Shown one piece after another: positions 1 to 8,497 of a stretch of DNA of 28,498 nucleotides. The DNA is from a virus (lineage: Duplodnaviria > Caudoviricetes), in the IMG/VR virus record IMGVR_UViG_3300014638_000008, positions 1-28,498 of that record. One strand, written 5' to 3'. The first letter of the stretch is position 1. The number at the start of each line of letters is the position of its first letter. Made by a program: the position numbers and the translations under genes. The notes beneath the pieces were generated by a model. The model did not search any database, was not told the origin of the DNA, and worked only from the letters and a program-made list of their open reading frames with translations.

Positions 1-1
1 A

Positions 2-301
2 CAACTCCAAAGTGACGGAATCAAGATGGTGGAATTTCGCCAGGGATTTAAGAGTATGAGCGAGCCCACCAAGCACCTGACAGGCCTGGTCCTTGATAGA
101 AAAATCGAACACGGCGGAAATCCCGTGGCAAGCTGGATGGCCAGCAATCTCGCGGTCACCCAAGACCCAGCGGGAAATCTCAAACCTGATAAATCCAAGG
201 CGACGGACAAGATCGATTACATCGTGGCGCTAATCATGGCGCTCGGGCGAGCCATGGTCTACCTTGGCGATGAGAATGACTGCCCGGTAACGATCTTTTG
301 A
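2..301 (+). CDS. terL: Terminase large subunit, C-terminal part (5' truncated by window)
   Basis: Frame is open from base 2. Motifs EFRQG..SMSEP, HGGNPV..WMASN, DPAGNLKPDK and KIDYIVALIMA match the Terminase_1 nuclease end. Lies directly upstream of the portal. Confidence 0.93.
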   Translation, partial: QLQSDGIKMVEFRQGFKSMSEPTKHLTGLVLDRKIEHGGNPVASWMASNLAVTQDPAGNLKPDKSKATDKIDYIVALIMALGRAMVYLGDENDCPVTIF

Positions 302-340
302 TTGAGTCGTTGCGCCATCGGGCCATCGGAATATTAAAAA

Positions 341-2614
341 ATGCCACTGCAAACCGGAATATTTTCGGGATTGATCGCAGAAGAGCGCCAGCGCGTAAAC
401 ACAGAAGCTTTAGCCGTCCGGGGATCAAGTGTTGCATTTCAAGAATTGGCAGAACGAAACCGCAGCCGGGCCCTCCGCGTAGCGTTTGAGGAACTGAGAA
501 CCTCGCTGGAAAACCCGTCCACGCCGCTTAGTTACCCCGCTGAGTGGCTCTTAGATATCTTTAACGGCGGGCGAACAGACTCCGGGATACGGGTTTCGGA
601 ACTTACTGCGCTGCAAGTTAGCGACGTTTATGCTTGCGTAGACCTCATTTCGAGTGCGATCGCCTCGCAGCCCATGAAGGTTTACGAGCGCCTCATAGTG
701 GGCGATCAGTACAGCCGGCACATGAAGCGTCTGGCCACAGAGCATCCACTGTTCGATTTGCTCCAGATTTCGCCAAACGACGAGATGTCGGCTTTCGTCT
801 TCACCAAAACCATCATGGCGCATGTGCTCCTGTGGGGAAACGGATATGCCGAGATCGAACGCAATGGAAAGGGTGAATGCGTCGGCTTGTGGCCGCGCAG
901 CCCTCAACGCACACATCCAGTACGCCTGAGCACGACTGCCCGCCTGGTATACAAATCTAGTGATGGTATGTGGGAGCCCTGGTGGCGAGATCAAGCGGTA
1001 GTTCCCGAGCGTGTAATTCAGCCCGAGGACATGATTTTCATCCCCGGACTTTCGCTCGATGGCCGCATTGGCCAGGACGTGATTGAGCTCGCCCGGCAGC
1101 TTGTGGGCATATCGCTCGCGAGCGAAAAGTATGCTGCCAAGTTTTTTGGAAATGGAGCGGTGCCGGAAGGCGTCTTGACTGTGCCCCAAAAGCTCCAGAC
1201 CAAGGCGCGAGAAGAAGCGAAGCGGTCCTGGCAGGAAGCTTACGGCGGTGAGAATGTGCACCGCACAGCGCTGCTTGAGGGCGGCGTTACGTACCAGAAA
1301 ATTGGCACCACACCCTCCGAAGCGCAGATGGTCGAGGCGCGGAAATACGATAAAGGGCAAGTGGCGACCGTGTTTCACGTGCCGCTGACCATGCTCGGCG
1401 TGATGGGATCGAATCGCTCCAGCGCCGAGCAAGTAGCACTCGAGTTCGTCAATTACACGCTCCGTCCATGGGTAGTAGCTTGGCAACAAGAACTAAAGCG
1501 AAAGCTTTTCCCGCCTGCCAAGCTGGGACGCTCTGCAGGCCGACAATTTATGGCGGTGATTGATACCCGGTCGCTGACATTGCCGGACGCCATGGCGAAG
1601 AAGAATTTCTACAGCGCGGGCCGCCAGTGGGGATTCCTGGACGCTAACGACATTCGGGAATTTGAGGATTTGAATCCGCTGGGCGATTGGGGAGAGAGCT
1701 ATCTGAGTCCAGTTAATATGCAAGTAGTGGACAACAGCGGCAAGATATTACTGCCTTCGCCGGTGGGCGCGCCGGCGGTAGGGCAGGGGCAGGAACAAAA
1801 CAGGACCCAGGATTCAAAGTTCAGGATTCAGGATTCAGGATTCAGGATTCAGGAATTCGAAAAAGCGCTCTGGCCGGCGTTCCGCGACGCTTTTGGACGC
1901 TGTGCGGCGCGAAAAGAGCGCAACGCGCAGACCGTTGCCCGAATTTTCATGCCCATACTCACGCTTATAAGCGCACTAGAACATCGCAACGGAGACGAAA
2001 TTCAGGCGCAGGTACGATCTCTTCAGGAGTTGTCAGCCTCCGCTTGGCTGCCCGAAAGGCTCGATGAGAGCGCCCGTGGAGAGATGCGCAAGTTGATTGC
2101 CTGGCGCATGGCTGGACGCGCGCAATTCTATCTGGCCCGGCACGGCGCCACAGACGAAGATGAAGCGGGGATCGAGAGTGGAGACACCGCCGCGCCACTT
2201 AATGTTCACGGCAAAGAGCAAGCCGAGAGCCTGGCGGAATTTGTGGCCGGGCACATCGCACTGCCGGTAAGCCTCTATTCGGGCAGAAGCGAACGGCACG
2301 TTGAGACCGCGCGCGCTATCGCGCAGCGCGTGGGATGCGCGCTAGAGAGCGACGATGCTCTTGATGCGCAAGGCGACACCGAAACGGATGCGGCATACGC
2401 CGAGCGCATTATTTCCAGGCTGAGCGAGATCGCCGCAGCAGACGGCGGCAATCGCTTGGCAGTAACCTCACACAACGCCATTCGGCTTTACGCGAAGCAT
2501 CTTTGCGGAGACGAGAGCGCTTCGAAATCCATACCGCGCATGGGCTATGGCGCGTTGCTCGCCGTGGATGACGATGGCAAAGGCGTTCATTTACTTTTCG
2601 ATCCCTTGGGGTAA
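341..2614 (+). CDS. HK97-family portal protein with C-terminal histidine phosphatase domain
   Basis: Portal motifs VYACVDLIS, HPLFDLL..SPN, LLWGNGYA, FFGNGAVPEG, LLEGG and NDIREFEDLNP. The C-terminal ~170 aa has FYLARHG, PLN..G.EQA, R..ETA and VTSH. Confidence 0.93.
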   Translation: MPLQTGIFSGLIAEERQRVNTEALAVRGSSVAFQELAERNRSRALRVAFEELRTSLENPSTPLSYPAEWLLDIFNGGRTDSGIRVSELTALQVSDVYACVDLISSAIASQPMKVYERLIVGDQYSRHMKRLATEHPLFDLLQISPNDEMSAFVFTKTIMAHVLLWGNGYAEIERNGKGECVGLWPRSPQRTHPVRLSTTARLVYKSSDGMWEPWWRDQAVVPERVIQPEDMIFIPGLSLDGRIGQDVIELARQLVGISLASEKYAAKFFGNGAVPEGVLTVPQKLQTKAREEAKRSWQEAYGGENVHRTALLEGGVTYQKIGTTPSEAQMVEARKYDKGQVATVFHVPLTMLGVMGSNRSSAEQVALEFVNYTLRPWVVAWQQELKRKLFPPAKLGRSAGRQFMAVIDTRSLTLPDAMAKKNFYSAGRQWGFLDANDIREFEDLNPLGDWGESYLSPVNMQVVDNSGKILLPSPVGAPAVGQGQEQNRTQDSKFRIQDSGFRIQEFEKALWPAFRDAFGRCAARKERNAQTVARIFMPILTLISALEHRNGDEIQAQVRSLQELSASAWLPERLDESARGEMRKLIAWRMAGRAQFYLARHGATDEDEAGIESGDTAAPLNVHGKEQAESLAEFVAGHIALPVSLYSGRSERHVETARAIAQRVGCALESDDALDAQGDTETDAAYAERIISRLSEIAAADGGNRLAVTSHNAIRLYAKHLCGDESASKSIPRMGYGALLAVDDDGKGVHLLFDPLG
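1801..1856 (+). repeat. Heptamer tandem repeat (CAGGATT) x8, degenerate, inside portal linker
   Basis: caggacc caggatt caaagtt caggatt caggatt caggatt caggatt caggaat, read as ...TQDSKFRIQDSGFRIQEF. Confidence 0.95.
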
Positions 2615-2616
2615 TT

Positions 2617-3444
2617 ATGCCATACAGCAAACCTTCCGAGGCGCCGAGCTACATTCCAGACGATAAGAAAAAGCAGTGGATCGAGGTTTGGAACTCGGTC
2701 TATGACAAGGCCAAAAAGGACGGGAAAAGTGACAATGACGCCGAAGCTGAGGCATTCAAGCAGGCGAACGGCGTGATCAAGAAGGAGAAAAGTGGCATGA
2801 GCGGCAAGCGCGAGTTTAGGTTCACAAAGACCGGCGAATTCCGCATGAGCGAGGACGATAAATCGCTCATCGGCTACGCGGCGGTATGGGACCAATGGGC
2901 GGATATCAACAACATCATTGGCAGCTTCCGGGAATGCTTACGTCGAGGTTGCTTCCGGCGAGCCATCCAGGAAAAACAGGATGTGCGTGCCCTTTTTAAC
3001 CACGAGCCGAGCGCGCTGCTCGGGCGTTGCGAAGCGGGAACGCTGCGTCTGGCGGAGGACGGCCAGGGCCTGGCCTTCGAGGTTGACTTACCAGACACGC
3101 AGCTTGGCCGCGACATCCGCACCCTGGTGCAGCGGCGGGACCTCACGGGCTGCTCTTTCGGCTTCACCGCGAACGATCAAACGTGGTCCGAAACAGTTAT
3201 GGACGATGGCTCCGTGCAGTATAGCCGAGAACTGATGGACGTGGATCTCTACGACGTGGGACCAGTCACCTACCCGGCGTACACAGGCACAAGCGTGGAT
3301 GCGCGATCGCTCTGGCCGGATGGCGTACCGGAAGAAATCGCCACTCGGGGCAAAAAGATTATTGACCCAAACGAAGAGATCTCGGGAGCCGAAGAAAAAG
3401 AACTTCGCCGCGAGGCTGTACGGTTGAGATTTGGCATTCGGTAA
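2617..3444 (+). CDS. HK97-family prohead maturation protease with N-terminal ChaB-like domain
   Basis: Protease motifs GYAAVW, ALFNHE...LLGR, TLRLAED..GL, SFGF and DVGPVTYPAY. The N-terminus MPYS...WIEVWNS.Y...EAEAFKQANGVIK resembles ChaB. Confidence 0.92.
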   Translation: MPYSKPSEAPSYIPDDKKKQWIEVWNSVYDKAKKDGKSDNDAEAEAFKQANGVIKKEKSGMSGKREFRFTKTGEFRMSEDDKSLIGYAAVWDQWADINNIIGSFRECLRRGCFRRAIQEKQDVRALFNHEPSALLGRCEAGTLRLAEDGQGLAFEVDLPDTQLGRDIRTLVQRRDLTGCSFGFTANDQTWSETVMDDGSVQYSRELMDVDLYDVGPVTYPAYTGTSVDARSLWPDGVPEEIATRGKKIIDPNEEISGAEEKELRREAVRLRFGIR

Positions 3445-3451
3445 ACAGGTT

Positions 3452-3512
3452 TGCCCGGGCGCGGAGCGCTTAGGCATCGTGGCACTGCCAGCCGGAGGCG
3501 GGCGGGGGCCGC
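3452..3512 (+). promoter_or_regulatory. Twin hairpins with CGGAG apical loops in the capsid gene leader
   Basis: tgcc-c-gggcg[cggag]cgctt-a-ggca (3452-3476) and gtggc-a-ctgcc-a-gc[cggag]gc-g-ggcgg-gg-gccgc (3479-3512). Confidence 0.5.
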
Positions 3513-3517
3513 AGACT

Positions 3518-3548
3518 AATTTCAGATTTGAAATTTCAAATTTCAAAT
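3518..3548. repeat. AT-rich heptamer tract (AATTTCA) upstream of capsid gene
   Basis: aatttca gatttga aatttca aatttca aat, containing a 16-bp palindrome at 3526-3541. Confidence 0.92.
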
Positions 3549-3562
3549 CGGGAGAAAAACCA

Positions 3563-4999
3563 GTGAAGAAGAAAATTCTGGAGCTGCGCACGGCAAATGC
3601 AGCCCTGTTCGAGGAAACGCAAGCCCTGTTTCCCGAAAAGGGCGGGCAAAGCCCCGAGCAGCGCACCAAGTACGACAAAATCATTGCCGAGATGAAGGAC
3701 AATGACGAGACGATCAAGCGGCTCGAACAGCAACTGGAAATCGAGACACGCCTTGAGTCCTCGACTCGGCCTCCGAATAACCCCATCAACGCCGGCGAAG
3801 AGCCCATCGAGAAACAGGAATTCAAGAAGAAGGAAGAGCAGTATCGTTCTGCTTTCAGGGAACTCCTGCGTACCGGCCGCGATCTGGTGCTGACTGCGGG
3901 CGGGGACGGTCGGTTTGGCTATACCGGCACTCCACTCTCGGCCGTGCCGGAAGCGATACGCTCCGTGCTGGCAAGCAAAGAGCACCGCATCGCCTCGCGT
4001 TTCACCAAATACGGAGAATATCGCGACATGGGAATCACCGCTCCTTACGCAGCGATCCCGACGTCCGTCCTGGTCCCGCAGGGCTTCATGCAAGAACTGG
4101 AAATCGCCCTCAAGTGGTACGGGGACATGCTCAACGTGGGCACGATCCTCGAAACTTCCACTGGCCAACCGCTGCCTTACCCGACGATGAACGACACGAC
4201 CATCGTGGGTGAGTGGGTTGGAGAATCGCAGGCCGTCACCGGCGCTGCGGTGGGAACCTCGGTGGACATTCCGGTAAGCAACATCCTGCTGGGCGCGTGG
4301 AAGGCGTCAACCAAGATGGTCCACGTCTCACTCGAATTGCTCCAGGACTCGGCGTTTAACCCCGAGTCGTTCGTGAAGGATGCTTTCGCTATCCGCCTGG
4401 GCCGTTTGCTCAACACCGCATTTACCAAGGGCAACGGAAGCGGGCAACCCTACGGAATCATCCCGCAGGCGTTTTGTTCCTCAACTTACGATCCCACGCA
4501 TCCGGAGCAAGCCGTGCAAGTGGTGATTGGCGATGACAACGCTACGGCACCGGACCCCACGACCCAGGTTGGCTACATCGACCTCATCACGCTCGAACAC
4601 AGCGTCGATAAGGCCTACCGGCGCGGCGCGAAATTTATGATGCACGACACCACGGTTGCCTTCCTCAAATCGCTCAAAGACAAGTACGGTCGGCCGTTAT
4701 GGGGCAATGGCGGAGGCTTCGCTTCGCCCGTGCCGGAAACCATTCTGGGCTATCCATATGCGATCAACAACGACATGGACCAGCTCGGTCATACCAGCCC
4801 GGCCACCGCGCGCAATACCGTGGCTTTCGGACGCCTGGACAAATATCTCATCCGGCGAGTTAAGGACCTGGCTGTGCTGAAACTTGTGGAGCGCTTTGCC
4901 GAGTACGGGCAAGTGGCCTTCATCGGCTTCGCGCGTTACGACGGCAACCTGCTCGACGCAGGAACCCACCCGGTGAAGTATCTGCAAAATCCGGCCTAA
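3563..4999 (+). CDS. HK97-fold major capsid protein with N-terminal coiled-coil (delta) domain
   Basis: GTG at 3563 follows GGAG. Motifs LVPQGF, VSLELLQDSAFN, FTKGNGSGQP.GI, LKDKYGRPLW, ILGYP and GQVAFIGFARYDG. Confidence 0.95.
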   Translation: MKKKILELRTANAALFEETQALFPEKGGQSPEQRTKYDKIIAEMKDNDETIKRLEQQLEIETRLESSTRPPNNPINAGEEPIEKQEFKKKEEQYRSAFRELLRTGRDLVLTAGGDGRFGYTGTPLSAVPEAIRSVLASKEHRIASRFTKYGEYRDMGITAPYAAIPTSVLVPQGFMQELEIALKWYGDMLNVGTILETSTGQPLPYPTMNDTTIVGEWVGESQAVTGAAVGTSVDIPVSNILLGAWKASTKMVHVSLELLQDSAFNPESFVKDAFAIRLGRLLNTAFTKGNGSGQPYGIIPQAFCSSTYDPTHPEQAVQVVIGDDNATAPDPTTQVGYIDLITLEHSVDKAYRRGAKFMMHDTTVAFLKSLKDKYGRPLWGNGGGFASPVPETILGYPYAINNDMDQLGHTSPATARNTVAFGRLDKYLIRRVKDLAVLKLVERFAEYGQVAFIGFARYDGNLLDAGTHPVKYLQNPA

Positions 5000-5001
5000 A
5001 T

Positions 5002-5036
5002 AAATTTCAAATTTGAAATTTGAAATTTGAAATTTT
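5002..5036. repeat. AT-rich heptamer tract (AAATTTG) downstream of capsid gene
   Basis: aaatttc aaatttg aaatttg aaatttg aaatttt, containing a 20-bp palindrome at 5002-5021. Confidence 0.93.
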
Positions 5037-5037
5037 A

Positions 5038-5082
5038 GGTGAGGGAGGACGGTTCCTCTCCTCCGTCTTCCCTCGCCGTTTT
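5038..5082 (+). terminator. Probable intrinsic terminator or stabilising hairpin after capsid gene
   Basis: 15-bp stem ggtgagggaggacgg / ccgtcttccctcgcc (with G-U pairs) followed by gtttt. Confidence 0.7.
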
Positions 5083-5087
5083 AGAAT

Positions 5088-5249
5088 ATGTCAGAAGAAA
5101 AGCGTAAAACCCGCAAGGCGAAGGCTCGCAAGCCGGATCCGCGCTTATGGTGCGGCCGCGCGTTGCATCGAGCGCGCCTCCTGAAAGAGCGCGCGGGGCG
5201 CGAGATCGAGACAGCGGCGATTGACACGAGCAAGACGGAGCGAAGGTAA
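5088..5249 (+). CDS. Small basic hypothetical protein (53 aa)
   Basis: Manually translated as MSEEKRKTRKAKARKPDP...REIETAAIDTSKTERR. Its TAA overlaps the next ATG (TAATG). Confidence 0.65.
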   Translation: MSEEKRKTRKAKARKPDPRLWCGRALHRARLLKERAGREIETAAIDTSKTERR

Positions 5250-6055
5250 TGGCTGGTCTGCAAATTGAATTTCAGCCGGTATGCGAGCCGGTAGCGCTGG
5301 CGGACGTGAAGCACTTCCTGCGCGTCACCATCGATGAGGACGATGGACTGATTGGCGCGCTCATTTCGGCTGCGCGGGAGTACTGTGAGGAGTTTACTAA
5401 TCGCAAATTCATAAATACCGGGCTGATCCAAAGCCTAGATTCTTTCCCGTACTTTACGGACACCATTATGTCTCAAATGGCGTATCCGCCCAGCTATTAC
5501 TCCTTGCCGCGCTACTCGACCACGCTCTGGAACTACTCACAGATGATTAAGCTGTATTATTCGCGATTGGCGCGGGGATCGACAAGCAAGATCAGTTACG
5601 TAGCGAGCTCGGACCTGGATTGGCATACGCTGGTAGGAACAGACGACATTCAGAATCGCGCCGCAGATTTCCTGGCAGACGTACTCTGCGAGCCTCCGCG
5701 CTTATTTCCCCAAGCGGGAATGTATTGGCCCAGCGTACTTTATGTGCCCAATGCCGTCCAAATCCATTACGCGGCAGGTTACAACTGGGACAGCGCGATT
5801 GCTGCCGCCCTGGCCGAACTGAGCCCGCCCATTGACGAGTTGGCCACGGACGCGGCGAATTGCACTCCCGAAGAGGCGCAACTCCGTCAAGCGGACGTGC
5901 CAGCGCGCATCAAGATCGCGATCAATCAACTGGTGGCGTTTTGGTACGAAGCGCGCGAGCCGCTGGCGGCTGCCGCGGCTAAGTCCGCACCCAATTTTAT
6001 CGATGCGCTACTTTGGTCTTTCCGCGTCGAGGATTACGCGCCCACTAGGGGCTAA
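5249..6055 (+). CDS. Head-tail connector protein (HK97 gp6 / phiE125 gp8-like)
   Basis: Motifs EPVALADVKHFLRV...DDGLIGALISAARE.CE, AVQIHYAAGY and VP..IK.AI..LVAFWYEARE. Confidence 0.9.
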   Translation: MAGLQIEFQPVCEPVALADVKHFLRVTIDEDDGLIGALISAAREYCEEFTNRKFINTGLIQSLDSFPYFTDTIMSQMAYPPSYYSLPRYSTTLWNYSQMIKLYYSRLARGSTSKISYVASSDLDWHTLVGTDDIQNRAADFLADVLCEPPRLFPQAGMYWPSVLYVPNAVQIHYAAGYNWDSAIAAALAELSPPIDELATDAANCTPEEAQLRQADVPARIKIAINQLVAFWYEAREPLAAAAAKSAPNFIDALLWSFRVEDYAPTRG

Positions 6056-6072
6056 TCAATCGGATTTAATCT

Positions 6073-6327
6073 ATGACTCGCTTCCACGGGCCTGGGGCTT
6101 TTCGGGATTTGCGCGATGCGGAAATTGCCGCAGTAGTGAAAAATATCCATGCGCAGCGCGACGCGCATGAATCGGCGGTGATGCGCACGCAAGCGAATCG
6201 CGAAGAGTGGATGATTCACCAAGTGGCGCCGGGGCTCATTGATGATCGGGCGATAGCCATGCGCCACCCTGACGTGCGCGCGCGCGCCGAGTTTGCAAAG
6301 CTCTTTCAGCCGAGATCCGGCCATTGA
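6073..6327 (+). CDS. Hypothetical protein (84 aa)
   Basis: ATG ORF exactly filling the gap in the operon; no recognised motif. Confidence 0.55.
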   Translation: MTRFHGPGAFRDLRDAEIAAVVKNIHAQRDAHESAVMRTQANREEWMIHQVAPGLIDDRAIAMRHPDVRARAEFAKLFQPRSGH

Positions 6328-6334
6328 GGACATT

Positions 6335-8089
6335 ATGAAACTTCGCTTTTTGTGGTCAATTTTTCTTCTAGCAAGCATGGCGTTGGCCCAGACCACTCCG
6401 TACCGTGGCCAGGGGACGCTCGCCAATCGCCCTTCGCCACCGCCTGTGAATGCCGGCGTCGCTGCATACTACTGTGCCACGGACACCGGGGATTTTTTCT
6501 ACTGGACGGGCGTACAATGGCTGCGCTCATACGGCAATTGCTACGCGGCGGCTGGTAATGGCATAAGCTCGCTAAATGGGCTTACGGGTAGCTCGCAAAC
6601 ATTCGCGACAAACACATCGGGAACAGATTTCACAATTAACTCCAGCGGCACGATACATACATTTCAGTTACCCACAGCGAGCGCTAGCAACCGTGGATTG
6701 CTGTCGTCTGCCAATTGGTCAACTTTCAACGGCAAACAGTCCGCACTGTCCTCGAACGCAGGGGCGACGCACGAATGGATATCGAGTTTCTCGGCTCCAA
6801 ACACTTTCAGTTTTACCCAACCGGCCTCGACCGACCTTTCTGATTATGGGGGTTTGCTGGGAGTCCCGGCATTTCTGGCTTCGGGAAGCGGACACGCGGC
6901 GGGCCTCGTACCCGATCCCGGGGCGAGCGCAGGATCAACCCGCTATCTGCGCGAAGACGCGAGTTGGGATGTTCCTGCGGGAGGTAGTAGTGGATCGCAA
7001 GTAAACAATACAGCACAAATGGGGCCTGCGGCGGTGGGCTCCACGGGATTTAAGATCATCGAGGCGGTGAGTTGCGAGAACGCTGGAGCGCAGACTACCA
7101 TAAGCTGTCCAGCCTTTGCCACCGCGATGCAAAGCGGCGATCAGATCATCGCTGTGGCTATGATCGGTAGCGGAGGAGCCACAGCACCCAATTGCTCGGA
7201 CAACCTCAATGGAGCTTACACGAGCCGCGTTGCTGACGAAAACGGTGGAAATCTATATAGGCTCTCCGATATCCTAAACTCTGCCGCAGGGACGGCAACC
7301 CTTACGTGCACCGTCGCAAGTGGAAATAGCAATGGTTTTCAGGTCTCCGCCATTCATGTGACGGGAATTACGTCATACGACACGGCGACTGACAATTATT
7401 CCAGCTACAGCGGAGTGCCCGTCGTGGCGATTGCCACTCGAACTACGGCGCAAGATAACGAAGTGCTGATCGCCGCTGGAATGTACGAGGGCACAAGCGC
7501 CTCCGGCTTTGGATTTGTGACGCCAGGATTCATTAATCCTCCCAACTCATCGGCGTATCAATTAAGCTGCTCAGCTTATAATTGCTGGGCGGAGTTGGCA
7601 TATGCGCCCGCAGGCGCAGCGGGGAGTTATTCAGCGGGCGTGCTTGGATCCTACATCATTTTGGCGGCATACAGAACGGGATCTGCGTCCACCTCGGGCA
7701 CACCCACGTTTCGCGCCATCACAACGGCGGATCTTCCATCTCATACGCCCGCCACGATTTTCTCTGCGACTTGGGCGTCTATTTCCGGCGCGATAAGCGA
7801 TACTTTGACGGTCGTGCCCATGACCAATCAGGCATTCCTTTTTCGTGGGAATGCCGCCTGCACCGCCTCGGGGACTGGGATTGCAAGTCTCGACCTAAAA
7901 TATAAAGACGTTTCCAACACGGCCATAACCGTGAGCTCGATCGCTAACTGCGCGATCCTGGGCGCCGCCAGCAATGCCAGCACGGTGGAATCATTCACGG
8001 CGCTGGGCGGATCGCAGATCACCTATGGCGTCTCGGCAACCAACACGCCCATCCATTCGGGCGGTGCGTTCTTGCAACAGGAGAATTAA
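6335..8089 (+). CDS. Ser/Thr/Gly/Ala-rich fibre-like protein with N-terminal signal peptide
   Basis: ATG at 6335 follows GAGGA. MKLRFLWSIFLLASMALA/Q is signal-like. Fibre-type motifs ISSLNGLTG, PTASASNRGLLSSANWSTFNGKQ, GLVPDP...RYLREDASW and PTFRAITTADLP. Confidence 0.75.
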   Translation: MKLRFLWSIFLLASMALAQTTPYRGQGTLANRPSPPPVNAGVAAYYCATDTGDFFYWTGVQWLRSYGNCYAAAGNGISSLNGLTGSSQTFATNTSGTDFTINSSGTIHTFQLPTASASNRGLLSSANWSTFNGKQSALSSNAGATHEWISSFSAPNTFSFTQPASTDLSDYGGLLGVPAFLASGSGHAAGLVPDPGASAGSTRYLREDASWDVPAGGSSGSQVNNTAQMGPAAVGSTGFKIIEAVSCENAGAQTTISCPAFATAMQSGDQIIAVAMIGSGGATAPNCSDNLNGAYTSRVADENGGNLYRLSDILNSAAGTATLTCTVASGNSNGFQVSAIHVTGITSYDTATDNYSSYSGVPVVAIATRTTAQDNEVLIAAGMYEGTSASGFGFVTPGFINPPNSSAYQLSCSAYNCWAELAYAPAGAAGSYSAGVLGSYIILAAYRTGSASTSGTPTFRAITTADLPSHTPATIFSATWASISGAISDTLTVVPMTNQAFLFRGNAACTASGTGIASLDLKYKDVSNTAITVSSIANCAILGAASNASTVESFTALGGSQITYGVSATNTPIHSGGAFLQQEN

Positions 8090-8092
8090 GGC

Positions 8093-8473
8093 ATGCCTCC
8101 CCCTCGCCTGGATGCCGGCAAGCTTCGCCACGTGATCCAGATCGTGTCTCCATCGAAAGTGCAGGGCGCGGCGGGCGGGCTTGTAACTGCTGACGACACG
8201 ATCTTCGCAACGGTTTGGGCGAGCGTGGAGGCGCTGACGGCGCGCGAGATTTTTGCTGCGCAGCAGATGGTTTCCCAGGTTACGCATAAGATCACTATCC
8301 GCTACCTCGAGGGCGTGAAATCTAAAATGAGAGTGTGGTTTCAGATGGCGCCATGGTCCACCAAGCGCGAATTCGAGATCATGGGCGTAAGCAATCCCGA
8401 CGAACGCCCCCACATGCTCGTACTCCTGTGCAAAGAGCGAGACGATTCAGCTTACGAGGTTCCCGGAAGCTGA
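8093..8473 (+). CDS. Head closure / head-tail adaptor (SPP1 gp16-like)
   Basis: Motifs AGKLRHVIQI, ATVWASVE...RE, THKITIRY..GV...MRV and LLCKE. Confidence 0.92.
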   Translation: MPPPRLDAGKLRHVIQIVSPSKVQGAAGGLVTADDTIFATVWASVEALTAREIFAAQQMVSQVTHKITIRYLEGVKSKMRVWFQMAPWSTKREFEIMGVSNPDERPHMLVLLCKERDDSAYEVPGS

Positions 8474-8497
8474 GAAGATCAGGGAACCAATATTCCA

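Noticed and set aside
551-1489. 312-aa minus-strand ORF and the many other antisense or alternate-frame ORFs
   Set aside because: They are shadows of well-supported + strand genes in GC-rich DNA and show no motifs.
3431-3562. Upstream extension of the capsid ORF given in the track
   Set aside because: It runs through hairpins and a repeat tract; GTG 3563 has a proper SD.
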